Both the position numbers and the translations under genes were made by a program. Source: Thermoplasmatota archaeon (lineage in GTDB: Archaea > Thermoplasmatota > Penumbrarchaeia > Penumbrarchaeales > Penumbrarchaeaceae). Taken from it: a stretch of DNA of 64,000 nt. The notes beneath the pieces were generated by a model. That model saw nothing but the letters and a program-made list of their open reading frames with translations. It searched no databases and was not told where the DNA came from. The DNA lies in the NCBI GenBank assembly GCA_965234725.1, contig CBDDUX010000003.1, forward strand, positions 1-64,000, given 5' to 3'. Shown piece after piece: positions 40,450 through 50,530 of this stretch. How positions within the stretch are numbered: position 1 is the first letter of the stretch; every line of letters begins with the position of its first letter.

Positions 40450-41028
40450 TCAAATATGGGCTTTATTTCGGTATAGGGACATATCAATGGAATCCTTCAT
40501 TTTACTGATATCAAGGTTCTCATCGAAGAATTCATTTATTTCCAGTATCGACATATCAGGATCCAACAGGAGATCGTTGTAGGATATGTAAAGGACCTCC
40601 ATATCCTTTCTTGAGTTTACTGTCTGCTTTAAAAGGACCAGATATCTTTTGAGAAGATCTACCATCTCCTTCTCTGGGACAGCATCAGGGTCCTCACCTC
40701 TTCGGATCATCATCTTCTTCTGTGACCTGATGATCTCATCTATGTTCCTCATCATGAAGACAATCCTATAATCATATCCTGAGGGAAGATGTCTGATAAG
40801 TTCTGCGAGGACCTTGACCACCTTACCTTTTGCATCTTCAAGCCATGAAGTGTCATCGGGCAGGCGCTTCACTCTCTCAAATTCATAGTATCCCTTCGGA
40901 TTATCCTCGTCAGGGGTCCTGATATGGTCGATGAGAGGTTCAAGTCCCCCATTATCGAGCATTCTCATCATCAGGGAGGTTCCTGACCGTGGTAAACCGG
41001 ATACTATGGTGATGACCTGATCGTCCAT
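40450..41028 (-). CDS. Sulfotransferase-family protein
   Basis: VSGLPRSGTSLMM, NPKGYYE, MRNIDEIIRSQ. Confidence 0.88.
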   Translation of the reverse strand: MDDQVITIVSGLPRSGTSLMMRMLDNGGLEPLIDHIRTPDEDNPKGYYEFERVKRLPDDTSWLEDAKGKVVKVLAELIRHLPSGYDYRIVFMMRNIDEIIRSQKKMMIRRGEDPDAVPEKEMVDLLKRYLVLLKQTVNSRKDMEVLYISYNDLLLDPDMSILEINEFFDENLDISKMKDSIDMSLYRNKAHI

Positions 41029-41154
41029 AAGGCACCGCGTTTGTTATTCGGGTTTTATATATCAATCTGTCGTCTGAATCCATGGGTCAGATGAGGAATG
41101 AATATGATGATAAACTGAAAATAGAACCAATGTATATTGGTATGAGGTGAATTA

Positions 41155-41361
41155 ATGGAAATAGACATAGATAATGTGACCTTCATTAGTGAAACGGCAC
41201 TGACAATTCGAGGTACCAGAAGGAGGACAACAGTCCCAAAGACGATCGTGGAGAGGCTATCATTAAATAACGGAGATAAGGTCAGATGGATCCTTTTCAG
41301 GGATGGCAGTATTATGATAAGGAAGGTCATAGATAAGAAATTAAGTGACGATCAGTTATAA
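41155..41361 (+). CDS. AbrB/SpoVT-like DNA-binding protein
   Basis: RTTVPK.I...L.L..GDKVRW; RBS GAGGTGA. Confidence 0.8.
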   Translation: MEIDIDNVTFISETALTIRGTRRRTTVPKTIVERLSLNNGDKVRWILFRDGSIMIRKVIDKKLSDDQL

Positions 41362-41501
41362 GAATGAAAAAAAATATTACATATCGTTATATATTAACAG
41401 ATATCCCACATCATAAGCAATGGCTGCATCAACATGCATATAGGTGGACATGTATTGGATTGAAACCAAGTTATTATAATGCAATATAATTACATATCAT
41501 T

Positions 41502-42506
41502 ATGAAACCTTTCGGATATGTTCTTGTCCTGTTATCGGTCCTGCTTATGACATTGTCCTCATGCTGCATCGATACCGGTGGTGCAGGGGATGACCTCTCA
41601 ACGATAACCCTTTACGGTTTCAGCGTCAAGGGTGAGGTCTTCGAGGAAAGGATCATTCCGGCTTTCAAAGACATGTGGAAGGAAAAGACAGGCGAAACGG
41701 TCCAGTTCGAAACATCGTTTGCTGGGTCTGGTAAGATCACGAATCAGGTCCTTAACGGAGCTCCAGCCGAGGTAATGGTCCTTTCAACTGAATGGGATGC
41801 ACTTCAGCTTAAAAAAGGCGGAATGGTATCGACTGATTGGAACACATTCCCATTCAACGGAACGATTTCAACAACTCCCTGGGTTATTTTGGCAAGGGAA
41901 GGAAACCCCAAGGGCGTGGTCGATCTGCCAGATCTCGCTGATCATGGTATTGAACTCATTCATGCAGATCCTCTCACTTCCGGAGGGGCCTGCTGGTCGA
42001 TATTCTCCCTCTATGGATCTGAACTGAGGAAGATGAACGGCTCATCTGAAGAGGAGGCGAAAGGATCTGCCAGGGATCTTGTAGATGGTGTTGCAGATAA
42101 TGTCATCTCATGGCAGTCCTCTGCGAGGAAGGCACTTTCACAGTTCACAATGGGATATGGTGACTGCTTTCTTACCTATGAGAACGATGCCAAATTATCC
42201 ATTGCCACCGGGGAGGACCTCGAGATCATCTATCCCAGGTCAACGATCTTCTCCGAGCACAAGGTTGTACTGGTAGATGAAAATTCAGACGCAAAGGAAA
42301 GGGAACTCATTCTGGGATTCATTGATTTCCTTTTCACAGATGAAGTCCAGGAATACATGGTAGAATACCATTTCAGATCAGTACTTGAGGACCTGAACGA
42401 TGGACAGGTAGTAATTGAGGACCCCTTTACCGTTGAATACCTTGGAGGTTGGGAGAAAGCAAGGGAGGAACTGATCGAAGGAGTGTTCCGGGATATCAGG
42501 GGGTGA
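41502..42506 (+). CDS. Sulfate ABC transporter substrate-binding lipoprotein (Sbp/CysP-like)
   Basis: Signal with SSCC lipobox-like motif, SFAGSG, GNPKG, DPLTSGGA, YENDA. Confidence 0.88.
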   Translation: MKPFGYVLVLLSVLLMTLSSCCIDTGGAGDDLSTITLYGFSVKGEVFEERIIPAFKDMWKEKTGETVQFETSFAGSGKITNQVLNGAPAEVMVLSTEWDALQLKKGGMVSTDWNTFPFNGTISTTPWVILAREGNPKGVVDLPDLADHGIELIHADPLTSGGACWSIFSLYGSELRKMNGSSEEEAKGSARDLVDGVADNVISWQSSARKALSQFTMGYGDCFLTYENDAKLSIATGEDLEIIYPRSTIFSEHKVVLVDENSDAKERELILGFIDFLFTDEVQEYMVEYHFRSVLEDLNDGQVVIEDPFTVEYLGGWEKAREELIEGVFRDIRG

Positions 42507-42548
42507 GGAACCCTGACCAAGGGATTAAAGGATCCGGCTAAATATGCG

Positions 42549-43322
42549 GTGGTCGGACTTGGGATAATGATATTCTTGTTCCTGATAATGCTTCCACTTT
42601 CTTCACTCCTTCGATTCTCCCTGGAGGATGGGCCTTCAAGTTTCCTGGAAGCGGTAACAAATGAGGATGCCGTCCAGGCATTCAGGAATTCACTCTTCAT
42701 AGCATTTCTATGTACAATTATAAATCTCATTTCAGGGACGGTACTGGCCTTTGCTTTGACAAGGTATCGGTTCGTTGGAAGGTCCTTCCTTAAGGCATTG
42801 ATAGACCTGCCAATAGCGATACCAACTGCGGTAGTGGGTCTTTCACTAATGATGTATTATGGCCCGAAAGGACTCCTCGGCCCATTTCTACAAGATAATG
42901 GGATCGAGGTAGTCATGGCAATGCCAGGTGTAGTCCTGGCCCATGTGTTCGTCACATTCCCCTACATCGTTAGGTCCGTGTCAGTGGTCCTTGAGATGGT
43001 CGACAGAAACCTTGAGGATGCGGCCAGATGTTTAGGAGCCAACCGCGCAAGGACCTTCTTTCATGTAACCCTCCCTTGTATATCAAGTGGTCTTGTGGCC
43101 GGATCTGCAATGACGTTCACAAGGTCCCTTGGTGAGTTCGGAGCAACTCTTTTCATAGCAGGCGGGATGCTTTCAACGGGTCCTCTCCATATTTATGAAC
43201 TATCCGAGGCGAGATTCGACATCCAGGCAGCCTCGTCCGTATCAATCGTTCTGATGGTATTCCCATTCATACTGCTGCTGGTTCTTAATTTCCTTGTCCA
43301 GAAACTGGAGGTGAGGAAATGA
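42549..43322 (+). CDS. Sulfate ABC permease (CysT/W-like)
   Basis: DLPIAIPTAVVG, EDAARCLGA, RSLGEFGA. Confidence 0.9.
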   Translation: MVGLGIMIFLFLIMLPLSSLLRFSLEDGPSSFLEAVTNEDAVQAFRNSLFIAFLCTIINLISGTVLAFALTRYRFVGRSFLKALIDLPIAIPTAVVGLSLMMYYGPKGLLGPFLQDNGIEVVMAMPGVVLAHVFVTFPYIVRSVSVVLEMVDRNLEDAARCLGANRARTFFHVTLPCISSGLVAGSAMTFTRSLGEFGATLFIAGGMLSTGPLHIYELSEARFDIQAASSVSIVLMVFPFILLLVLNFLVQKLEVRK

Positions 43323-44323
43323 GCAGGGGCCTCAAGATAGAAGATCTTCAGGTTAGCTATGGAGATGATAGGATATTGAAAAGTGTCAATATTGAGGTCC
43401 ATGGAGGGGAATTGATGGCTATCCTAGGCCCATCAGGATGCGGAAAATCGACCATGTTGAAAGCCATCGCCGGTTTGATCACGCCTGCAGGTGGAAGGAT
43501 CCAGATAGACGGTAAGGTTCTTGGAGGTATGCCTCCTGAGAAAAGGTCAGTGGGATTTGTGTTTCAGGAGTACACTCTTTTTCCTAAGATGTCTGTCCGA
43601 TCGAATGTTGAGTTCGGACCGAAGATGAGAGGGGTGGGTCGAAATGAAAGGAGAAATCGGTCAGATAGACTGATAGAATTAATGGGGCTATCAGACCAGG
43701 CGGAGAAATATCCACATCAACTATCAGGCGGTCAGAAGCAGAGGGTGGCCATTGCACGGGCTCTTGCAACAGAACCTGATGTTCTTCTCATGGATGAGCC
43801 CTTTTCAGCTCTTGATGCAAAGATCAGGAAAAGGTTGAGGAGGGACTTAAAAGCCCTTATTGAAGAGTTGCGGATAACGACCGTTTTCGTAACCCATGAC
43901 CAGGAAGAAGCTTTCGAACTGGGTGACCGTATAGCCCTTATGAATTGTGGCATTATTGAACAGGTAGGAAGGCCAAGAGACCTGTACGAGGATCCGGTCT
44001 CCCTTTTCGTATCTGGTTTCGTTGGGGTCTGTAACGTTATCGACCTTGGGAACGATCCTCCGATAAAGGTCGTTGTCAGACCTGAGGATATCAGGATCTC
44101 ACCATATGATGGTAGCGTTGATCTTGGGAAGGTGAAAGGGCGACTTCTTTCATATCGTTACATGGGTCCTTTCCTGGAGTGTATAGTATCCCTTCAGAAT
44201 GGAGATGAGCTCAAGGTCTTCCTTTCAAGGGAAGAGTTCAAGCTAAAAGGTCTTAAAAGGGGTATGATGGTCAAGATGAAGGTCCTTAAGTTCCGGTCAT
44301 TTAAGGATGATGTCCTATCCTAG
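43319..44323 (+). CDS. Sulfate ABC ATPase (CysA-like)
   Basis: GPSGCGKST, LSGGQ, DEPF, VTHDQEEA, TOBE-like tail. Confidence 0.9.
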   Translation: MSRGLKIEDLQVSYGDDRILKSVNIEVHGGELMAILGPSGCGKSTMLKAIAGLITPAGGRIQIDGKVLGGMPPEKRSVGFVFQEYTLFPKMSVRSNVEFGPKMRGVGRNERRNRSDRLIELMGLSDQAEKYPHQLSGGQKQRVAIARALATEPDVLLMDEPFSALDAKIRKRLRRDLKALIEELRITTVFVTHDQEEAFELGDRIALMNCGIIEQVGRPRDLYEDPVSLFVSGFVGVCNVIDLGNDPPIKVVVRPEDIRISPYDGSVDLGKVKGRLLSYRYMGPFLECIVSLQNGDELKVFLSREEFKLKGLKRGMMVKMKVLKFRSFKDDVLS

Positions 44324-44433
44324 ACCAATTTCATTTAAGGATCAGGTGCCAGTTTTAAAAAAAAATCTGTTGTTTTTCAATGATTTAATGACAAGTTTTA
44401 AATTCAAACTTCATCGATACATTGGGGAAACCA

Positions 44434-45375
44434 ATGTCTGGAAGAGGCAACAGTGCGGTGATATCAACCACTGGACTGACAAAATCCTATGGGGACCTCA
44501 TGGCCCTGAAAGGCTTGAACCTGGATATCCAACCCGGACCAGTTGGACTGCTGGGTCCCAACGGGGCGGGAAAATCAACTTTCATCAAATGTATCCTGGG
44601 ACTTTTGGAAGCCACCTCGGGGTCCTCGACCGTTCTTGGTTTTTCCTCCGATACACTCTCTGAAAGACTTTCCGCAAGGATGAAGGTGGGATACGTTCCC
44701 GAGAACGATTGCCTCATCAATTCGATGAACGGACTCAAGTTTGTCAAGTACATGGGTGAGATCTCAGGATTGCCTCCATCGGATGCCATGCAGCGAGCCC
44801 ACGAGGTCCTTCATTATGTTGGTATAGGAGATGAGAGGTACCGGAGGATCTCCACCTATTCCACCGGGATGAAACAGAAGATTAAACTTGCTCAAGCCAT
44901 GGTACACGACCCGGACCTTGTCATTCTGGATGAGCCAACTAATGGAATGGATCCCAAGGGAAGGAAGGAGATGTTGGACCTGATAGTTGACATATCAGAT
45001 TCCCATGGCAAGAACGTGTTGTTCTCCTCACATCTTCTCCCGGATGTTGAATACATTTGTGACATGGTTGTTATAATGGACCAGGGAAGGGTCGTAGAAA
45101 AAGGAAGGATACTGGATCTCAAAGGTGAAGTAACATATTACGAGATCAGGATAAAGGGGGATGAGAAGGGATTTGGCGATATATTGAAGGGAATGGGACT
45201 TACCTACGAGAGGGCAGGGTCATTCTTTAAGGTCCCTTATAAAGAGGGTCTCCTTGACGAAATATATTCAGGTATAGATAGAACGGACATTCAGCTAAGA
45301 CATGCAACAAAATCCACCATGTCCTTGGAGGACCTATTCGTGAAGAACATAGGGAAGGAGGGTGGGAATGGATAG
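44434..45375 (+). CDS. ABC exporter ATPase
   Basis: GPNGAGKST, YSTGM, LDEPT, SSH. Confidence 0.92.
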   Translation: MSGRGNSAVISTTGLTKSYGDLMALKGLNLDIQPGPVGLLGPNGAGKSTFIKCILGLLEATSGSSTVLGFSSDTLSERLSARMKVGYVPENDCLINSMNGLKFVKYMGEISGLPPSDAMQRAHEVLHYVGIGDERYRRISTYSTGMKQKIKLAQAMVHDPDLVILDEPTNGMDPKGRKEMLDLIVDISDSHGKNVLFSSHLLPDVEYICDMVVIMDQGRVVEKGRILDLKGEVTYYEIRIKGDEKGFGDILKGMGLTYERAGSFFKVPYKEGLLDEIYSGIDRTDIQLRHATKSTMSLEDLFVKNIGKEGGNG

Positions 45376-47338
45376 TAACGATCTGACCAAGAGGAAGAGG
45401 GGGGAAGGTGGGATAAATGAAGATAAGAAGAGATCATCAGTAAATGGGACCGATAGCAAGGGGAGGAAACAAGGATCATTGAGAGGCCCCACAAAGGATT
45501 ACAGGGAGTTCGAGGGTCAATACGGTGGCAGGGCTTACAGTTTCACGAGGATAATGTTGACCAATTTCAGGGAGTTGGCCTCATCAAGGTGGTCCATTGG
45601 CGTGATGATGATCTCATTCCTTTTCGTTTTCTTCAATATATTGACCCTTGTATTTGGGGGAGGGGAGGAAGATCTCCTTGCCCGTTTCGATCAGCTTGAC
45701 CCCGAGGTCCTATTCTGGATAGAACCGATCGATGGCCAGGAAGGAAGGATATCCGTCAATTTGGGTGACACCTATACACTATCATACAAAGTAACTAACA
45801 CAGGGAAGGAAAGGGATGGTTTGAACGTTCTGATACTTCCGCCAAACTCAAACTGGGAGACAGATCACTGGATCGAAGGGGACAGGATGTTGGGGAAGGG
45901 GGATTCCGTCATTGTTCATGTGAATGTGACAATACCTGGGTCAGTTGCTGAATTCGCCGCACAGGGAGACCTGGATGTGTTCAGGAATCTCGGCTACAGC
46001 GGATGGATGGAAGGAGAGACCATATCCTACAGCAGGCCTTATTCCGATAAAGGAGATGACATTCCCATCGGAAGAGAGACACCATCTGCCAATGCCGTAT
46101 ATCAGTTCAATACGTCCAGGATCCTTGGAGTTGCCGCCATTCCTGACCTACTGATGGATGAAATTTCTGATTACGGATTGGACAATATAGACATCAGGAT
46201 AAGATCGACGGGTACGCTACTCATGCTCGATCCTTCTGATACGGATGTCTCGGAAGAGCTCGGGATAGATATCAATTCCTCTCCTTCGAATCTAAGGATA
46301 TGGATGGGCAGTGATGATGACAAGGTATATAGCAAGTCAATGACAGCACCACAGATCAAGGAGCATAAGGTCCACTTGAAGAACATTGGGCAGGAAACTC
46401 TTCAGGTCGAACTTGACTGTTTCTTAATGCCAATTACGGATCCCAGTTGGGTAGTGTTCATAATGGATCCTGAACAGAAGGAGGTCAATGATCCGGTGGT
46501 GATATTGGGACCCGGGGAGGAGAAGGAGGTGATGGTAACTCTTCAAACAGGTGAAGCCCCTTACAAAGCCCATTATTCCCTTCTAATAACAGCCACCGAT
46601 ATTACAAACGGTTCATTCCATGTAACAGATGCTTACCATATGACAGTATCCATTTCAGGTTCATCGTATGCACCACAGGAACCGGGGGAGAGATATCACG
46701 GAATGCTCTGGGGAGGGGGTTTCAACTATGAAAGGTATCTCTGGCTGATACTTCTATCTGCATTTGCAGGAGCTGGAGTTATCGCGAAGGACCTCCAGGA
46801 GAATTCCATAGCACTCTATCTTTCACGACCGATCACCTGGTATGATTATCTCCTCGCCAAATTCTCCTCACTTGTCCTTCTACTTTCTCTAATAACGATC
46901 TTCCCTGCGATCGTTCTATTCTCAACTGGAATGGCCTTCTCAACGAAGGATATCATCTATATCATTGAGCATCTCTACATTCTTGGAGGGATGATCGCCT
47001 CATATATTGTAGCTTTGATAGTATTTGCCTCCATTTGCATGGCTTTTTCTACAATGATGAGAAAATGGATATTTTCAGGGGTTGGAATATTTGTATTCTT
47101 CATTTTCTCATCCACTGTCTCGGATATTCTCCAAGGTCTGTTCAATAACAATTACCTCAAGCTCCTGAATATCAATCTGGTCATGACAAAATTGTTCATG
47201 CCCCTCTTCGGATTGAAATATCCCACATCAGAGGTAGGACTTGATTGGTACTGGCTTCTCCTTACCCTTATCGGGTTGGTTGCGGGATCATGGTTCCTGG
47301 TGATCTCGAGATTCAGAAAGAAGGAGGTGGCAAAATGA
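45368..47338 (+). CDS. ABC-2-type permease with large extracytoplasmic Ig-like insertion
   Basis: TM1, then a soluble region with VTNTG/LKNIG Ig-like units, then IAKDLQENSIALYLSRPI..YLLAK. Confidence 0.82.
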   Translation: MDSNDLTKRKRGEGGINEDKKRSSVNGTDSKGRKQGSLRGPTKDYREFEGQYGGRAYSFTRIMLTNFRELASSRWSIGVMMISFLFVFFNILTLVFGGGEEDLLARFDQLDPEVLFWIEPIDGQEGRISVNLGDTYTLSYKVTNTGKERDGLNVLILPPNSNWETDHWIEGDRMLGKGDSVIVHVNVTIPGSVAEFAAQGDLDVFRNLGYSGWMEGETISYSRPYSDKGDDIPIGRETPSANAVYQFNTSRILGVAAIPDLLMDEISDYGLDNIDIRIRSTGTLLMLDPSDTDVSEELGIDINSSPSNLRIWMGSDDDKVYSKSMTAPQIKEHKVHLKNIGQETLQVELDCFLMPITDPSWVVFIMDPEQKEVNDPVVILGPGEEKEVMVTLQTGEAPYKAHYSLLITATDITNGSFHVTDAYHMTVSISGSSYAPQEPGERYHGMLWGGGFNYERYLWLILLSAFAGAGVIAKDLQENSIALYLSRPITWYDYLLAKFSSLVLLLSLITIFPAIVLFSTGMAFSTKDIIYIIEHLYILGGMIASYIVALIVFASICMAFSTMMRKWIFSGVGIFVFFIFSSTVSDILQGLFNNNYLKLLNINLVMTKLFMPLFGLKYPTSEVGLDWYWLLLTLIGLVAGSWFLVISRFRKKEVAK

Positions 47339-48258
47339 AGCAGGCCGTGATAGAACTACATAAGGTCTCAAAGTTCTACGGCCAGGTAATGGGTATGAAC
47401 GATGTGACAGTCGATTTCAGCAGCGGTATGACCGGGCTTCTTGGTCCCAATGGTGCCGGAAAATCGACCATGATGAAGATGATAACTGGACAGATCCAAC
47501 CATCCAAAGGTAGAATAAAGGTCATGGGAGAGGATCCCTGGGACAATCCACATTTGAACCTCAACATTGGGTACTGTCCGGAACAGGACTCGTTCTTCAA
47601 GAACATGACAGGATTGCAGTTTGTCATGTTCAATACCAGACTGTCAGGTTTCTCAAGGTCCAGGGCATTCGACCTATCCCTGGATGCCATAGAGAAGGTT
47701 AACATGAAGAAGGATATGGACAGGAATATATCAGAATATTCCAAAGGTATGAGGCAAAGGATCAAGCTTGCACAATCCCTTGTACACGACCCCGATCTGC
47801 TGATCCTTGATGAACCTCTCGCTGGAACTGACCCTATTGGAAGGGTCAGAATAATCGACCTGCTTTTCGAACTCCAGAAAGAGGGAAGACATCTTGTGAT
47901 TTCATCCCACGTCCTCCACGAGGTGGAGAGACTAACAGAGAGGATCGTTCTGATAGACAGAGGGAAACTTGTGGCTGAGGGTGACATACACTCGATCAGG
48001 GATTCCCTTGACAGATATCCTCTTACTATCAGGATCCAGAGCCCGGAGCAGAGAAAACTTGCAAGGCTTCTTACCTACAATCAAGAGGTATCCTCGATTA
48101 CTTTCAGCGATAAAGGAGAACTTCTTGTTAGGACCACGGATCCAAACAGGTTCTTTGGTGAACTCCAGAACCTAATAGTCAAAGAAAAGATAACGATCGA
48201 AGGAGTGGATTCTCCCGATGACAATCTCAATGCGGTCTTCCAATATCTGGTGGAATGA
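47335..48258 (+). CDS. ABC exporter ATPase
   Basis: GPNGAGKST, YSKGM, LDEP, SSH; start MKQAV overlaps upstream stop. Confidence 0.92.
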   Translation: MKQAVIELHKVSKFYGQVMGMNDVTVDFSSGMTGLLGPNGAGKSTMMKMITGQIQPSKGRIKVMGEDPWDNPHLNLNIGYCPEQDSFFKNMTGLQFVMFNTRLSGFSRSRAFDLSLDAIEKVNMKKDMDRNISEYSKGMRQRIKLAQSLVHDPDLLILDEPLAGTDPIGRVRIIDLLFELQKEGRHLVISSHVLHEVERLTERIVLIDRGKLVAEGDIHSIRDSLDRYPLTIRIQSPEQRKLARLLTYNQEVSSITFSDKGELLVRTTDPNRFFGELQNLIVKEKITIEGVDSPDDNLNAVFQYLVE

Positions 48259-49053
48259 ATGAAAGGAAATGGAGAAACACCATTTGCATCCTGGACGAAC
48301 AGAGCATCGGTCCAGGTATTGAGGTCAGTGAAGGACCTTCTGTTCAGTAAATGGATGTTCCTTGCATTTCCACTTATCCTTATACCTTTCTTCATATCGC
48401 TGTATACAATATTCGATCCACCGGAAGGGGTGAAGGAGTGGCCAGAAGCTTTCATTGGCTTTGCAGTTATCTTATACATGCAGATACTGGTCCTCATGTT
48501 CTCACTTATTTACGGAACCTCGATAATGAATGAGGAAATAGATTCAAGGACAATTACCTACCTGATAATGAGGGGTTCAAAGAGGTTCGAGGTACTCCTC
48601 TACAAGTTCCTTGGTGTTTACATATCACTGACTGTCCTTTTCACCATTTCAACACTTTTAACATTCTTCACTCTATCGCTCCATACCTCGATGGATGTGA
48701 TGAAGGACCATATCATGGCCTTGGTGGCATTGATAGGGGCGCAATATTTCGGCATCTTTGCTTACCTTGCACTCTTCACACTTATGGGGGTAATGTTCAA
48801 AAGACCCCTGGTAATTGGACTGATCTTCTCATTCTTCTGGGAGGTATTCATGGTCAATATCGCATTGAACGTGCAACAGGTTACGATAATGTACTATATG
48901 CGATCCATCTTCCTGGGAACCGATGCTGTTAGACGGTATGCTGATATTGATGAGAAAGCAGGTGTCATTGGGTCCATTGTCGCTTTGACATTGATGGGGC
49001 TTGGTTTTCTATCCATTGCCTGTCTTGCATTTTCTCGAAAGGATGTAAATTGA
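48259..49053 (+). CDS. ABC-2-type permease
   Basis: EEIDSRTITYL...K, about 6 TM segments. Confidence 0.85.
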   Translation: MKGNGETPFASWTNRASVQVLRSVKDLLFSKWMFLAFPLILIPFFISLYTIFDPPEGVKEWPEAFIGFAVILYMQILVLMFSLIYGTSIMNEEIDSRTITYLIMRGSKRFEVLLYKFLGVYISLTVLFTISTLLTFFTLSLHTSMDVMKDHIMALVALIGAQYFGIFAYLALFTLMGVMFKRPLVIGLIFSFFWEVFMVNIALNVQQVTIMYYMRSIFLGTDAVRRYADIDEKAGVIGSIVALTLMGLGFLSIACLAFSRKDVN

Positions 49054-49074
49054 TCTTGACAGGTCCGATATTTA

Positions 49075-50529
49075 TCAGGCATAGTCGCTTAAAAGGTGGT
49101 CTTTAAGGACATCCCATGTGAACTGCTCCAGCTTCTTTGGTGTATCATAGAAATATTCTCTAAGATATGGCTCGATCTCTCCCTGCCATATGCTCTTCAT
49201 TTCTAACCTCAGTGCTGGTCCGCTCTTCATGAAGAATGAGATACCTACTTCGAATTTAGGATCGTTGATCTCATGGTTCAAAGCACTGAGGGTGTTGATC
49301 AACTGCTTTGAAGGCAGTTCATTCTTCTCCAGATATTTTGCCAATACTTCGTAATTCGGAGGAATTGTGATGAATGTAAACCTTCTTCTAAGAGCATGGT
49401 CAACGAGAGCGATCGATCTGTCAGCTGTGTTCATGGTTCCGATCAGGTAAACATTGTCCGGGATCCGGAACTTCCTTCCTCCACTGCCCAATGTGACCTC
49501 CTTGTCCCTGTATTCAAGTAGGTACATCAGCTCTCCGAATACCCTTGAAAGCTTTGCCCTGTTTATCTCGTCGATCATCATAACGAACGGCTCGGTGTCA
49601 TTATCCTCTGCTTCCTGACAGAACCTTTTGAAGATCCCATCCTCCATCTCGTATCTGAGGATACGGTTCTCAACGATCGGTCTTAGGCCCTGGATGAAAT
49701 CCTCATAGGTATAGTTGGGATGAAAATATACCAGTTCAACCTTGCCGTCGGTTCCGGCAATGAGGTGGTTTGCCAGCTTCTCAGCAATAAAGGTTTTACC
49801 AGTTCCGGGAGGTCCCTGGAATATCACATTCTTCTTCCTGAATAGCTGTCTCCGCCAGAATTCAACGGTCTCCCTGGGGAATCCGGTCTCTTTGGAGAAT
49901 CTCGTTATTGAATCGTCTGAAAGGTGGATAGAGGAACCGGTCATCCTTTTATTGTATCTGTCAAATACAGTTATAACGGACCTGAGGTCCGATAGGAGAA
50001 CATCATTTTCAGGAATTTCATCTCCATCGTAATAAATATAGGATATGGTGGTTTCTTCGGTCCTGTCCTTCTCCTCATCGAATCCCAATCTCAGGTCCAG
50101 ATTGAATCCCTTTCCGATCAGTCTGTCATAATCTTTTTTGAGTTTGATGTATGGAATGGTATCTCGATCGAACACATCATCCTCTTCTCGGGTCCTTGCG
50201 TTCTGGTGAAGGTAAAGAAAGACTCCGGAAAAATCTTTCTTAAAGATGTAGGCAACATATGTCGCTCCTCTGCGAGGTCTTTCTTCCTCTCTGCCTATGA
50301 TGGATATCCAGTATGCCATGGAGGGAACTTCCATATCACCTGGTGAGAGGACATTCAAGTACTCCCTCTGGTCGATCTCTGGCATTTCTGATATGGACCT
50401 TGCCATACTCTCGAGGGCATCCATCCTGTATACACCTCGACCTTCCTCACCCTTTGAGCCATTAATTATCGAGGTGAGCCATCCATGAAGATCGTAGGTC
50501 CTGAGTTCATCTCCTTTCCCTGATCTCAT
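49075..50529 (-). CDS. mcrB: McrB-family AAA+ GTPase #2 with DUF3578-like N-terminal domain
   Basis: GPPGTGKT, FHPNYTYEDF, IDEINR, MNTADRS, ALRRRF; N-terminal YWISI..YVAYIF..D..VFLYLHQ. Confidence 0.9.
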   Translation of the reverse strand: MRSGKGDELRTYDLHGWLTSIINGSKGEEGRGVYRMDALESMARSISEMPEIDQREYLNVLSPGDMEVPSMAYWISIIGREEERPRRGATYVAYIFKKDFSGVFLYLHQNARTREEDDVFDRDTIPYIKLKKDYDRLIGKGFNLDLRLGFDEEKDRTEETTISYIYYDGDEIPENDVLLSDLRSVITVFDRYNKRMTGSSIHLSDDSITRFSKETGFPRETVEFWRRQLFRKKNVIFQGPPGTGKTFIAEKLANHLIAGTDGKVELVYFHPNYTYEDFIQGLRPIVENRILRYEMEDGIFKRFCQEAEDNDTEPFVMMIDEINRAKLSRVFGELMYLLEYRDKEVTLGSGGRKFRIPDNVYLIGTMNTADRSIALVDHALRRRFTFITIPPNYEVLAKYLEKNELPSKQLINTLSALNHEINDPKFEVGISFFMKSGPALRLEMKSIWQGEIEPYLREYFYDTPKKLEQFTWDVLKDHLLSDYA

Positions 50530-50530
50530 C

